Of a DNA stretch of 40,860 nt, positions 1 through 8,075 are shown in pieces. The stretch comes from Chlamydiota bacterium (GTDB taxonomy: Bacteria; Auribacterota; Tritonobacteria; UBA1439): assembly GCA_037133055.1 (NCBI GenBank), contig JBAXOY010000013.1, forward strand, positions 1-40,860, read 5' to 3'. The notes beneath the pieces were generated by a model that was given only the letters and a program-made list of their open reading frames with translations, had not been told where the DNA came from and ran no database searches. The first letter of the stretch is position 1. Each line of letters begins with the position of its first letter. The position numbers were made by a program, and so were the translations under genes.

Positions 1-268
1 GATCATCCAGCCGAACGGACAGACGATCTACTTCGTGGATGGGGGGGGGATCTACCCGTCCGTGACGCCTTTCCTTGGCGTAAGGGCGGGGCCGATCACC
101 GTGCAGACGCCGATAACCAACATCCCGATCCTGGCCATGCCGTTCAAGAATCTGCCCACGGGGACGTACTACCTCGAGGGCGGGGCCGTGGACGCGACAA
201 AGACGACCTCGCTGAACAACCTCGTGTATGTGGGGAACGTGGACAGGGAGACGTTGACCATACAATAA
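1..268 (+). CDS. 3' end of a probable secreted/surface protein carrying the shared C-terminal domain (gene starts upstream of the window)
   Basis: The frame is open from the window edge (IIQPNGQTIYFVDGGG...GTYYLEGGAVDATKTTSLNNLVYVGNVDRETLTIQ*) and clearly matches the C-termini of the ORFs ending at 8034 and 9536. Confidence 0.85.
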   Translation, partial: IIQPNGQTIYFVDGGGIYPSVTPFLGVRAGPITVQTPITNIPILAMPFKNLPTGTYYLEGGAVDATKTTSLNNLVYVGNVDRETLTIQ

Positions 269-296
269 TCCGTACGGCAAGTTGTAGGTAGTGCTG

Positions 297-327
297 AAGA
301 GGCCGGGGGCTACTCCCCGGCCTCTTT
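297..327 (+). terminator. Probable intrinsic terminator
   Basis: AAGAGGCCGGGG-gctact-CCCCGGCCTCTT(T): a 12-bp stem ending in a short T run, about 30 nt after the stop at 268. Confidence 0.7.
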
Positions 328-470
328 CCACCTATCCCCCTAACGAAGCACCCACGCGCGGTGCGCACAAGGCTGGCCCAATCTGGAAGGCTCGGTAAAC
401 CGTGAAGCAATCCCGACGATTCTTCGCGACATGGAAAAGGGGGCTTGTGTGACCCGGGCATGTCCCCATT

Positions 471-501
471 GCCATATTTGCAGTAAGACTGCAAATATGG
501 C
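471..501. promoter_or_regulatory. Perfect 14-bp inverted repeat, operator-like
   Basis: GCCATATTTGCAGT-aag-ACTGCAAATATGGC lies 36 nt upstream of the ATPase fragment ATG at 538. Confidence 0.55.
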
Positions 502-537
502 TTGCATGTCTACCGCCATTGTAAGAACCTATCACGC

Positions 538-798
538 ATGAAGACGTACATTCATCGCGATCTTGAACCGGTACTGCATGAGATGCTACAGTTTCCTGCC
601 GTGGTGGTCACCGGCCCGCGCCAGGCGGGCAAGTCCACGATGCTGCGCCAGGTCCTGCCCGATTATTCATATCTGACACTGGATGATCCTTTTACTCGTC
701 AACAGGCCCTTGACGATCCGGAACTGCTGCTGGACAGCGCGGGGGAACGCCTGATTGTGGACGAGGTCCGGGTCCACTCACTCGACATGCGCAGTTAA
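538..798 (+). pseudogene. Truncated AAA+ ATPase (AAA_14/DUF4143-type), N-terminal fragment only
   Basis: MKTYIHRDLE start, Walker A GPRQAGKST, YLTLDD and Walker B LIVDEV are present, but the frame stops about 9 codons after Walker B. Family members are normally about 400 aa. Confidence 0.8.
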
Positions 799-875
799 TG
801 ACTCTGGAAGATTTTATCTCCGAGGTGCGGAGTCTTGCCCATGTTTAGTCAGAAGCCATGAGGGTCAATTGCGTC

Positions 876-904
876 TTGAACGGTGCTCCCGGAAATGGTA
901 TCTT
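876..904 (+). promoter_or_regulatory. Sigma70-type promoter, probably the native tRNA promoter
   Basis: TTGAAC-17 nt-TATCTT with an extended TG (TGgTATCTT), 12 nt before the tRNA 5' fragment at 917. Confidence 0.65.
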
Positions 905-916
905 CAACGTCGCAGG

Positions 917-953
917 GGGCCCGTAGCTCAACGGTAGAGCAGCGGACTCATAA
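917..953 (+). repeat. attL: 37-bp 5' fragment of tRNA(CAT), a direct repeat of 15341-15377
   Basis: GGGCCCGTAGCTCAACGGTAGAGCAGCGGACTCATAA is identical at both sites, and identity ends exactly at the end of the anticodon loop. Confidence 0.95.
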
Positions 954-1074
954 ACCTGTCAAGTTACTTTCCTTAACATTCACCAATCCAAGTAATTAGC
1001 AACAGCCGCAATGGGTTGCGCCAAGAATTTATGTATGGGTTTGTCTAGCGTCGTCGGCATTCGTAGCAGGTGGG

Positions 1075-1092
1075 TAGACACTATTTGGACAC
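1075..1092 (+). repeat. Putative integrase arm-type tandem site, left
   Basis: TAGACAC-tatt-TGGACAC (11-bp period). Identical at 14844-14861 and similar to TGGACAC-aaat-TGGACAT at 15268-15285. Confidence 0.6.
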
Positions 1093-1093
1093 T

Positions 1094-1189
1094 GTCGGGA
1101 GGAAGTGCTACGTCAACGGCGACGACCTCCAGCACTTCATCGAGAGCGATCCCACCCCGGCGGAGCAGAGGGCAACGCGGACCGCGTAG
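1094..1189 (+). pseudogene. Excisionase-like (HTH_17/Xis) remnant A, 3' half
   Basis: Translates as VGRKCYVNGDDLQHFIESDPTPAEQRATRTA*, homologous to remnant B. No start codon or N-terminal half. Confidence 0.7.
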
Positions 1190-1199
1190 TCTTGAAAAG

Positions 1200-1265
1200 A
1201 ACCAGCAAAAAACTGGACAAACCAGCAAAAAACTGTTTGACAGAAAACCGAAAAGGGAGTATAAA
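1200..1265 (+). promoter_or_regulatory. Sigma70 promoter with a tandem 16-bp direct repeat abutting the -35 box
   Basis: AACCAGCAAAAAACTG at 1200-1215 and 1220-1235, then TTGACA (1237-1242), 17 nt, TATAAA (1260-1265). Confidence 0.7.
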
Positions 1266-1533
1266 CGACCAAGGTCAGACTGCACCTGTAGTATAATTTC
1301 ATGGCCTTTGGTCTCATTGTCTAAAAAACAGCGCGGCGGGCTTCGCGGGCAACTACGTCTTCGCGACCACCTTCATCTACAAGTGGGATGGATTCGTCCG
1401 CACCGACCTTCCGGTAGAGAACTCAAATCTCTTCACGATTCAGTGAGTAGCCCTCTGCACACCACGGCGGTGTGCAGTGATAGGTCATTTGCAAGCATTC
1501 CTTTCGAGAGGCGATTAAAAATTATTTGTAGGC

Positions 1534-2910
1534 ATGGTGATAATGAATAGCATTTACCATAATCTCATAGAGCCGAATGAATTTCTTGTCCATGTCCTAA
1601 ACAGCATGGACGAGAGTGTAGTCATAACCGATTTGAACCGTTGCATTGTTTACATTAACCCATTTGCCGAGAAATTGCTTGGGCACTCAGCGGGTGAGAT
1701 ATTAGGGAAAAAAGCCTCGGAATTCTTTGAGGGTATTCCTGGGAATCCACCCAAGCTCGCGGACAAGGTGAGAAATGGATCCGGGCTGGAGGGATGGGAA
1801 GGTGAGGTTTTTGACAGGAGCAAGAATGGAAGGATATTCCCTGTTTATCTTAGAATGGTAGTTGTAAAAGATGAAAGCAGCAATGCAATCGGATATGTAG
1901 GTGTTTCCCGAGAAATTACAGACGAGAAGGAATTTTACAAGACATTAATTTACGGTCATCTACCCAGAAGGATTGTGTATCGATGTCGGCGGATGCGAAG
2001 TTTGTTTGACTCCATTGGCATAGTAGCTAAAAGCAGGGATACGACAGTTCTTATACAGGGTGAGACCGGGACCGGTAAGCAGCTAATCGCATGGGCGGTT
2101 CATAATCTCAGCGAAAGAAAGCACCATAACTTTGTGGACATAGATTGCCCTGCTCTTCCGCGGGATATTTTTGAGAGCGAGCTTTTTGGACATGAGCAAG
2201 GTGCCTTCACCGGGGCTGTAAGAACTAAGAAAGGCCTGTTTGAGCTGGCAAAGGGGGGAACGATCTTTCTCGATGAAATAGCCGAGATGGATTATTCTCT
2301 CCAGGGGAAGTTGTTAAAAGTTATTGAAGATCGAAAATTCAGGCGTATTGGAGGAGAGAGGGATACCAGCACAGATGTGAGGATTATTACAGCTTCCTGC
2401 AAGGATCTTAAACAACTTGTTAAAGACGGGGCATTTAAGAAAGAGCTGTTTTACAGGCTTAACGTATATGTACTGAGCGTACCCCCATTGAGGGAAAGAG
2501 AAGAAGATATCGAACCACTGGTAGAGTACTTCATTGAGCTATTTAACAAAGAGCATGCTAAGAAAATAAAGGGAGTTACACAGGAGACCCTTGCACTCTT
2601 GCAGGAATACAATTGGCCGGGGAACGTGAGGGAACTGAGAAATGTCATTGAGAGGGCATGTCTCCTGACTTCCGGTGAAGAAATGTCTCCCGATTGCCTG
2701 CCTCAGGAGTTGAGTAAGGATACACGCATAATGGAGGAGGAGCTTCTCACAGAAAGAGGTCTCTCCTATGACGATTGGGGCAAGAGAATCATAGAGCAGG
2801 CATTAGCTAAAACCAGTGGCAATGTATCTCATGCCGCAAGACTTCTGGGTAAAGATCGCAATTTCGTCATATACCGCATGAAGAAGTTCATGATAAAACT
2901 TCCCCTTTAG
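1534..2910 (+). CDS. PAS-domain sigma54-dependent transcriptional activator (PAS-AAA+-Fis HTH)
   Basis: N-terminal PAS; GETGTGKQ Walker A; ELFGHEQGAFTGA; FLDEI; WPGNVRELRN; C-terminal GNVSHAARLLG helix-turn-helix. No receiver domain. Confidence 0.93.
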   Translation: MVIMNSIYHNLIEPNEFLVHVLNSMDESVVITDLNRCIVYINPFAEKLLGHSAGEILGKKASEFFEGIPGNPPKLADKVRNGSGLEGWEGEVFDRSKNGRIFPVYLRMVVVKDESSNAIGYVGVSREITDEKEFYKTLIYGHLPRRIVYRCRRMRSLFDSIGIVAKSRDTTVLIQGETGTGKQLIAWAVHNLSERKHHNFVDIDCPALPRDIFESELFGHEQGAFTGAVRTKKGLFELAKGGTIFLDEIAEMDYSLQGKLLKVIEDRKFRRIGGERDTSTDVRIITASCKDLKQLVKDGAFKKELFYRLNVYVLSVPPLREREEDIEPLVEYFIELFNKEHAKKIKGVTQETLALLQEYNWPGNVRELRNVIERACLLTSGEEMSPDCLPQELSKDTRIMEEELLTERGLSYDDWGKRIIEQALAKTSGNVSHAARLLGKDRNFVIYRMKKFMIKLPL

Positions 2911-2935
2911 TTACTCACCTATTTTCCCGACCCAC

Positions 2936-2971
2936 TGTTGAATATTCATCACCCCTGATTAATATTCAATA
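2936..2971. promoter_or_regulatory. Tandem near-palindromic enhancer (UAS)-like sites
   Basis: TGTTGAATATTCATCA (2936-2951) and TGATTAATATTCAATA (2956-2971), 20-bp period, 120-155 bp upstream of the -24/-12 promoter. Confidence 0.6.
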
Positions 2972-3090
2972 CTTCTGCTCCCTAGTGATCGCTCAAAGTC
3001 CAACCTATTTACATACAAGCATTGATGTATCCTTTTCCTGTCCAAAGCATAATGGTGTCATATAAGTCATATTGCTCACTGTGCGTACTG

Positions 3091-3106
3091 TGGCATGATT
3101 CCTGCT
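3091..3106 (+). promoter_or_regulatory. Sigma54 (-24/-12) promoter
   Basis: TGGCAT-gattc-CTGCT gives exact GG-N10-GC spacing, upstream of the RBS (GGAGG) and ATG at 3236. Confidence 0.7.
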
Positions 3107-3235
3107 TCTCATTGACTTGGCACAGATAAGAAGCACGCTAAAAAAAGGAAGTATCGATGATGAATAGCAGGATAGATAACAAGCAGGGAGGATCGATGCA
3201 ATGCGCCAAACCCTGAAAAGGGAAAAGGAGGGGTT

Positions 3236-5524
3236 ATGAACACTTCGATGAGATTGGTCATGCTGTGTGCCGCATTCGTTGTCGCGGGCGTAAACGTCTT
3301 TTCCTCAACCGATGAGCAAGTTCAACTTTCATTGAGCGTTGATAGGCAGGTATATCAGCCGGGCGAGCAATTGATACTAAGCGCGAACATTGCTCCTCCT
3401 GCAGGCGAACTCATCGCCGATGGCTATATTGCGGTGGAATATCCGGATGGAAGACTTCAACTCATCAATGGCGGGGAAGAGGACATAGATATTTCCAGGG
3501 CTTTCGCAAGGGGATTCAGCGTCAAGGAAATGAGCGGCCCCATTCTCTCCGCAACACTCAATGATCTGGATGCAGGTGGCTACGCCATCTATTCCGTGCT
3601 GGTTAAGAAAGAAAGCGACCCGTTTGATCCGAATAACCGGATCAGCAATCTAGCCATGGCGGAGTTTGAAATTGCAGATGGAGCAGAGACAGTGAACAAT
3701 ATGGTGATGGAGAATGAAGAAGCCGGCTCCATCTCCGCTGCACCTGCTTTGACCATTAGGGACAATGAAATCATAATCCCCAACCTGATTACTGTTGATA
3801 GGAGATGGCGCTATCCCACGTCTCACGGCGGATGCCGCAATGAGTGGACTAATCCGCAGAATGCATTGAAAGTGGATGAGAAGGTTGCAATGGAAGGTCA
3901 TGCTTTGCAGGAATATGATACGGACTGGAAACTTCCCAACGGGTACGGCCTTTGTCCTCAATTTAGTCAATGGGAAAACCCCGAGAGAGCTTACACCCCT
4001 GTGCCCTCTTGTGATGGAGAATATGCCTCTGGAACCTCGGGGGAGTTTCAAGGGTGGAACAACTTCGATTTTGGTATCCCCGGAGATGCTTGTTCTACCA
4101 CTATCACGGGCATTAAAGTGTATGCAAGGATGGAAAGGTCCAACCTATGCGACTATCCATCTGTAAACCTTCTTTTGTCATGGTTGTCTAATTGCGGTGA
4201 TAGAACAAATGAGTATTTCTTAGGTATCCCAGCAGAAGATTGGGTAGTGTATGAGACAGAATGGTCGCTTTTTGACCGCACTTGGAGTCCGACTGATTTT
4301 CGCAATGAGAATTTTACCTGCGCGTTACTGGCACATTGCGGCCCCAGTTCCGGAAGCATTAGAGTGGATTGCATAGCAGTGCGTGTCAAATATCAATATA
4401 CTGGCCCCACTTGTACCCCCACGCCGACCCCTACGCCAACTCCCACATCGGTGAACATCTTCAGTGATTGTAATCCTTCTTTCGAAGTCCCTGACAAAGA
4501 CTGGGATCGTCTTGCGGGTTGGGAAGAACTCGGAGCTTACACAAAGATCGATCGATCAAGTGCTTGGGTCGCCAATGGATCATACTCTTGTCGTATGGAG
4601 GATCCCACTTCTAGGTATAGCATTTATCCCGGTGGAGGGGAGTCTTGGGGGAGAGGAATCAGGTCCTGCAAAGTAGGTGTTCAGGCAGGTGATAATTATT
4701 ATGTTGAGGGTAAATTTCTTGTCAAGAAGGAAAAAGAAGGCAGCATTCCAGGGGATACCCGTTATCGATTCTGGGTAGAGTGGTGGTATGACGAAAATAA
4801 TCTGAGATCTACAGAAATGAGATCATGGAACTTCAGTCGCTTTGATGCCTGGATAACAATGTACTACGACAGTATAAAGGCTCCAGAAAGTGCTACGTTA
4901 ATGAGTGTGTATGTTGATTGCAAAGAAAACCAGGACGGAGGCAAGAATAACAATAATGATGTTTATTTCGATACTTTGTTTGCGAAGTTTATAACTCCAA
5001 CCCCAATCCCACCTCCCACGCGCACGCCTACACGGACGCCGACCGTCACCCCCACACGCACGCCGACAAGGACATCGACGCCGACGGTGACGCCGACACC
5101 CACGAGAACGCCGACACGGACGCCTACTCCAACCCCAAACACAGACTCCTGGTATCTGACATATGGTCCGAGTGGTAGCGGTGATGTCGTGCAGATAGGA
5201 TCCATGTACGTGGCAAGTAAGAAGGATGGTCTTGGCTGTGCGGGGAATGGTACAAAGACGTGGCTGGCCGCCATAGAATGGGCCAATGGTTTGAGTTGGC
5301 TGGGTAAGGATGACTGGAGAATGCCCGCCGGGGGCGCGGGAGGAGAGCTGTCAACGATATGTAATGACAAGGATCATTTAGGTTCATATCAGTTGGGCAA
5401 CTATTGGTCCTCTACTGAGTACGGTGCCGATCGCGCGTCCTACGTGGATTTCTCCAACTGTTCCCTCCACGGCGACTATAAGACGCGCAGTAGTTACGTC
5501 CGCGCAGTCCGGGCCAGCGAGTAA
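3236..5524 (+). CDS. Large secreted multidomain protein with a C-terminal DUF1566/Lcl (C-type-lectin fold) domain; putative DGR target
   Basis: Signal peptide; N-terminal module resembling the shared surface domain; Cys-containing beta domain; Pro/Thr linker; CBM-like NPSFE...W domain; second Pro/Thr linker; then WxxAxxWxxx[19 protein letters not shown]...YVRAVR (DUF1566 motifs). Confidence 0.85.
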   Translation: MNTSMRLVMLCAAFVVAGVNVFSSTDEQVQLSLSVDRQVYQPGEQLILSANIAPPAGELIADGYIAVEYPDGRLQLINGGEEDIDISRAFARGFSVKEMSGPILSATLNDLDAGGYAIYSVLVKKESDPFDPNNRISNLAMAEFEIADGAETVNNMVMENEEAGSISAAPALTIRDNEIIIPNLITVDRRWRYPTSHGGCRNEWTNPQNALKVDEKVAMEGHALQEYDTDWKLPNGYGLCPQFSQWENPERAYTPVPSCDGEYASGTSGEFQGWNNFDFGIPGDACSTTITGIKVYARMERSNLCDYPSVNLLLSWLSNCGDRTNEYFLGIPAEDWVVYETEWSLFDRTWSPTDFRNENFTCALLAHCGPSSGSIRVDCIAVRVKYQYTGPTCTPTPTPTPTPTSVNIFSDCNPSFEVPDKDWDRLAGWEELGAYTKIDRSSAWVANGSYSCRMEDPTSRYSIYPGGGESWGRGIRSCKVGVQAGDNYYVEGKFLVKKEKEGSIPGDTRYRFWVEWWYDENNLRSTEMRSWNFSRFDAWITMYYDSIKAPESATLMSVYVDCKENQDGGKNNNNDVYFDTLFAKFITPTPIPPPTRTPTRTPTVTPTRTPTRTSTPTVTPTPTRTPTRTPTPTPNTDSWYLTYGPSGSGDVVQIGSMYVASKKDGLGCAGNGTKTWLAAIEWANGLSWLGKDDWRMPAGGAGGELSTICNDKDHLGSYQLGNYWSSTEYGADRASYVDFSNCSLHGDYKTRSSYVRAVRASE

Positions 5525-5545
5525 CCGTCGTTTTGATATTTTGAC

Positions 5546-5578
5546 GCGTGCTACCCCGCAGGAAGCGGGGTAGCACGC
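5546..5578. other. Perfect 14-bp hairpin/cruciform without a U-tract (DGR target-recognition-like)
   Basis: GCGTGCTACCCCGC-AGGAA-GCGGGGTAGCACGC starts 21 nt after the stop at 5524, preceded by TTTTGA-ta-TTTTGA. No T-tract follows the stem on either strand. Confidence 0.65.
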
Positions 5579-5649
5579 TGGAAATGTTTCACTCAGTATG
5601 CCCCGCCGAATCGTACGCCTTATCCGCGCTCAACTCTTCTGCCCGATCC

Positions 5650-6108
5650 AGCAACCCCACGCGGACACCCACGAGAACTCCGGTCCCGCCGACCGCAACA
5701 CCGGTGCCTACTGAGCCGACGGCTACGCCGGGATGGCCGACGCCCCCAGCGCCGCCGGAGGGACATGTCGAGCTGAACGGGTCGTCGTTCAACTCGAAGA
5801 ACACAGTGGTGGGGACATTCGTATTGGACATCGCGATTGATACGCCGTTTACCGTCTATGCGGTGCTAATAGGTCCCGACGGCGTAATGGTGAATGCAAG
5901 CGACCTGAAGACCTCTTTGATGCCGCTTGTGGTGAACTACCCCGGTCTCGCGATGCCGTTCTCGTACCCGTTCCTGTCTGCGAAGATACCGACGAAATGG
6001 CCGAAGGGGCAGTACGAGGCGGTGGTAGCGTTCTTCGACCCGAGCAAGCCGATTACAGAACGGCAGGATGCTTTTCTGAACGTGAGCACAAAGTTCACGA
6101 TCCAATAG
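5650..6108 (+). pseudogene. Orphan Pro/Thr linker plus C-terminal surface domain (gene fragment)
   Basis: [15 protein letters not shown]...HVELNGSSF...YAVLIGPDG...GQYEAVVAFFDP...KFTIQ*. No signal peptide, and the track's start at 5548 lies inside the hairpin. Confidence 0.65.
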
Positions 6109-6271
6109 TCACATCCAGAATTGCCGGTCGAGGACGCGGTACTGGATCAGGCATGGCAAGCTGAAGGCGCATCGGGTGGGGCGGAAGTACTACGTCAAGT
6201 CCGATGACCTCCAGAGTTTCATAGAGAACGGCCCCACCCCGGCGGAGCAGAGGGCAACGCGGACCGCATAG
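6109..6271 (+). pseudogene. Excisionase-like (HTH_17/Xis) remnant B, the longest copy
   Basis: Translates as RYWIRHGKLKAHRVGRKYYVKSDDLQSFIENGPTPAEQRATRTA*, matching the Xis pattern rWIrxGkLkAxrvGrxy.v...dl..fl. The 5' part is degenerate with no start. Confidence 0.75.
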
Positions 6272-6366
6272 TCTTGAAAAGAAGCAGTATGACAAATTGA
6301 GTTATGAGTGTTAGCATGGCCCGGGAGCAAGATATTGGCTATGGTTCTAACGGGGGGGAGGGCCTG

Positions 6367-8034
6367 ATGAAAAGGGGATTGTGTCTTGGTGTAGCGATGT
6401 CTTGCTTTATGTTCGTCCTTCCGCTCTATGCCCAACTCGCCGACAGTCCGTGGCCGATGTTCCGTACGAATGCGCAGCACACAGGCTGGAGCGCTTACAC
6501 AGGTTCCCAGACGGGAACTCTCCTGTGGAGCTATCAGACCGGAAGCCCGGTGACTTCTTCCCCCGCCATCGGCTCTGACGGGGGAGTCAGGGTAGGATCT
6601 CGGGACTGCAGAATCTACAGGCTAAATCCTACCGGTTCTCTCCTGTGGAGCTATCAAACGAGCAACTATGTGGAGGCTTCCCCCGCCATCGGCTCTGACG
6701 GGAGGGTCTGCGTAGGGTCTTTTGACAACAACATCTACTGTCTAAATTCTGCCGGTTCTCTCCTGTGGAGCTATCTAACCGGATGTTCGGATTATTCTTC
6801 CGCCGTCATAGGCTGTAATGGAAAGATCTACGTGGGATCTCGGGACAACAGCGTCTACTGTCTCAATCCTACCGGTTCTCTCCTGTGGAGCTATCTAACT
6901 GGATATTTGGTGATGGGGTCTTCCCCCGCCATCGGCTCTGGCGAGGGCGTCTGCGTGGGGTCTCGGGACAACAGCATCTACTGTCTCAATCCTACCGGCT
7001 CTCTCGGGTGGAGCTATCTAACCGGAGGTTATGTGGATTCCTCCCCCGCCATCAGCGGCTATGACGGGAGGGTCTGCGTGGGGTCTTTTGACAACAACAT
7101 CTACTGTCTCAATCCTACCGGTTCTCTCCTGTGGAGCTATCTAACCGGAGATTATGTGGGTTCCTCCCCCGCCATCGGCTCTGACGGGAGGGTCCACGTG
7201 GGGTCGCTGGATAACAGCATCTTCTGTCTCAATTCTACTGGTTCGCTCCTGTGGAGCTATCTAACCGGATATGCTGTTTCTTCTTCCCCCGCCATTGGCT
7301 CTGACGGGGGAGTCTGCGTGGGGTCTTATGACAGGAGAATCTACGGGCTTAATCCTACCGGTTCTCTCCTGTGGAGCTTTCAAACGAGCAACTATGCTGA
7401 CAGCTATGTGCATTCTTCCCCTGCCATCGGCTCTGGCGGGATGGTCTACGTGGGATCTAATGACAACAGGTTTTATGCTTTTTATGATCCGCCGCCGCAG
7501 ACTCCCACTGCAACGCCGACTATCACTCCGACACCGACCATTACCCGGACTCCTACTGCGACGCCAACGACTACAAGAACCCCGACTAGAACACCTACCC
7601 GTACCCCAACAAAAACGCCTACCCGCACTCCGACAAGGACGCCGACGAGGACACCTACGCCTCCCCTAGACCTGACGCCCAACAAGAAGTCCTTTGCCAC
7701 GACGGATTTCATATCGGTGACCGCTAATGTGTGGCCGCTCACGGTGCCGTGCTACCCGTTCGTGCGCATCGTCATGCCGGACGGCTCGACGCTCTGGTAC
7801 GAGTCGAGCAAAGGGTTCATGGCCTCGCCGGTGCCTTACCTTGGCTTCGCGGCGGGACCGATTACCACCTCCACGCCTATCCTCGGTTATCCTGCACTCA
7901 CGGCGAACTTCTCGGGGATCGCGGCGGGGACCTACGTTATCGAGGGCGGAGCGGTGGATGCCACTAAGACGACCTCGGCGTCGAATCTCGTCTACTTCGG
8001 GACGGTGGATCAGGATGCGCTGACGGTGCATTGA
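6367..8034 (+). CDS. Secreted PQQ-like (BamB-type repeat) beta-propeller protein with Pro/Thr linker and shared C-terminal domain
   Basis: RBS then MKRGLCLG... signal peptide; DSPWPMFR; eight ~40-aa repeats (GSLLWSYxTG..V.SSPAIGSDG.V.VGS.D..IY.LN); PTRT linker; C-terminal domain. Confidence 0.88.
   Translation: MKRGLCLGVAMSCFMFVLPLYAQLADSPWPMFRTNAQHTGWSAYTGSQTGTLLWSYQTGSPVTSSPAIGSDGGVRVGSRDCRIYRLNPTGSLLWSYQTSNYVEASPAIGSDGRVCVGSFDNNIYCLNSAGSLLWSYLTGCSDYSSAVIGCNGKIYVGSRDNSVYCLNPTGSLLWSYLTGYLVMGSSPAIGSGEGVCVGSRDNSIYCLNPTGSLGWSYLTGGYVDSSPAISGYDGRVCVGSFDNNIYCLNPTGSLLWSYLTGDYVGSSPAIGSDGRVHVGSLDNSIFCLNSTGSLLWSYLTGYAVSSSPAIGSDGGVCVGSYDRRIYGLNPTGSLLWSFQTSNYADSYVHSSPAIGSGGMVYVGSNDNRFYAFYDPPPQTPTATPTITPTPTITRTPTATPTTTRTPTRTPTRTPTKTPTRTPTRTPTRTPTPPLDLTPNKKSFATTDFISVTANVWPLTVPCYPFVRIVMPDGSTLWYESSKGFMASPVPYLGFAAGPITTSTPILGYPALTANFSGIAAGTYVIEGGAVDATKTTSASNLVYFGTVDQDALTVH
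6511..7480 (+). repeat. Eight intragenic ~120-bp tandem repeats encoding propeller blades
   Basis: CTCCTGTGGAGCT-like cores recur about every 120-123 nt with high DNA identity. Confidence 0.9.
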
Positions 8035-8075
8035 GCCGGCATCCTGAAAGCGGGGGAATGGAAGGAGGCGCGCAT

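Noticed and set aside
1011..1550. 179-aa ORF at the island's left end, and small ORFs 980-1285, 6095-6295 and 14839-15033
   Set aside because: They run across arm sites, xis relics and promoter repeats, and are better explained as chance frames over relic DNA.
3117..3134. Second TTGGCAC as a sigma54 promoter
   Set aside because: There is no GC at the required GG-N10-GC distance.
5546..5578. Hairpin considered as an intrinsic terminator
   Set aside because: No U-tract follows the stem on either strand; the T-runs precede it. Its position fits a DGR-type cruciform better, though a terminator role is not fully excluded.
6511..7480. Regular repeats considered as a CRISPR array
   Set aside because: The period is about 120 nt, in frame and protein-coding, with no unique spacers and no cas genes.
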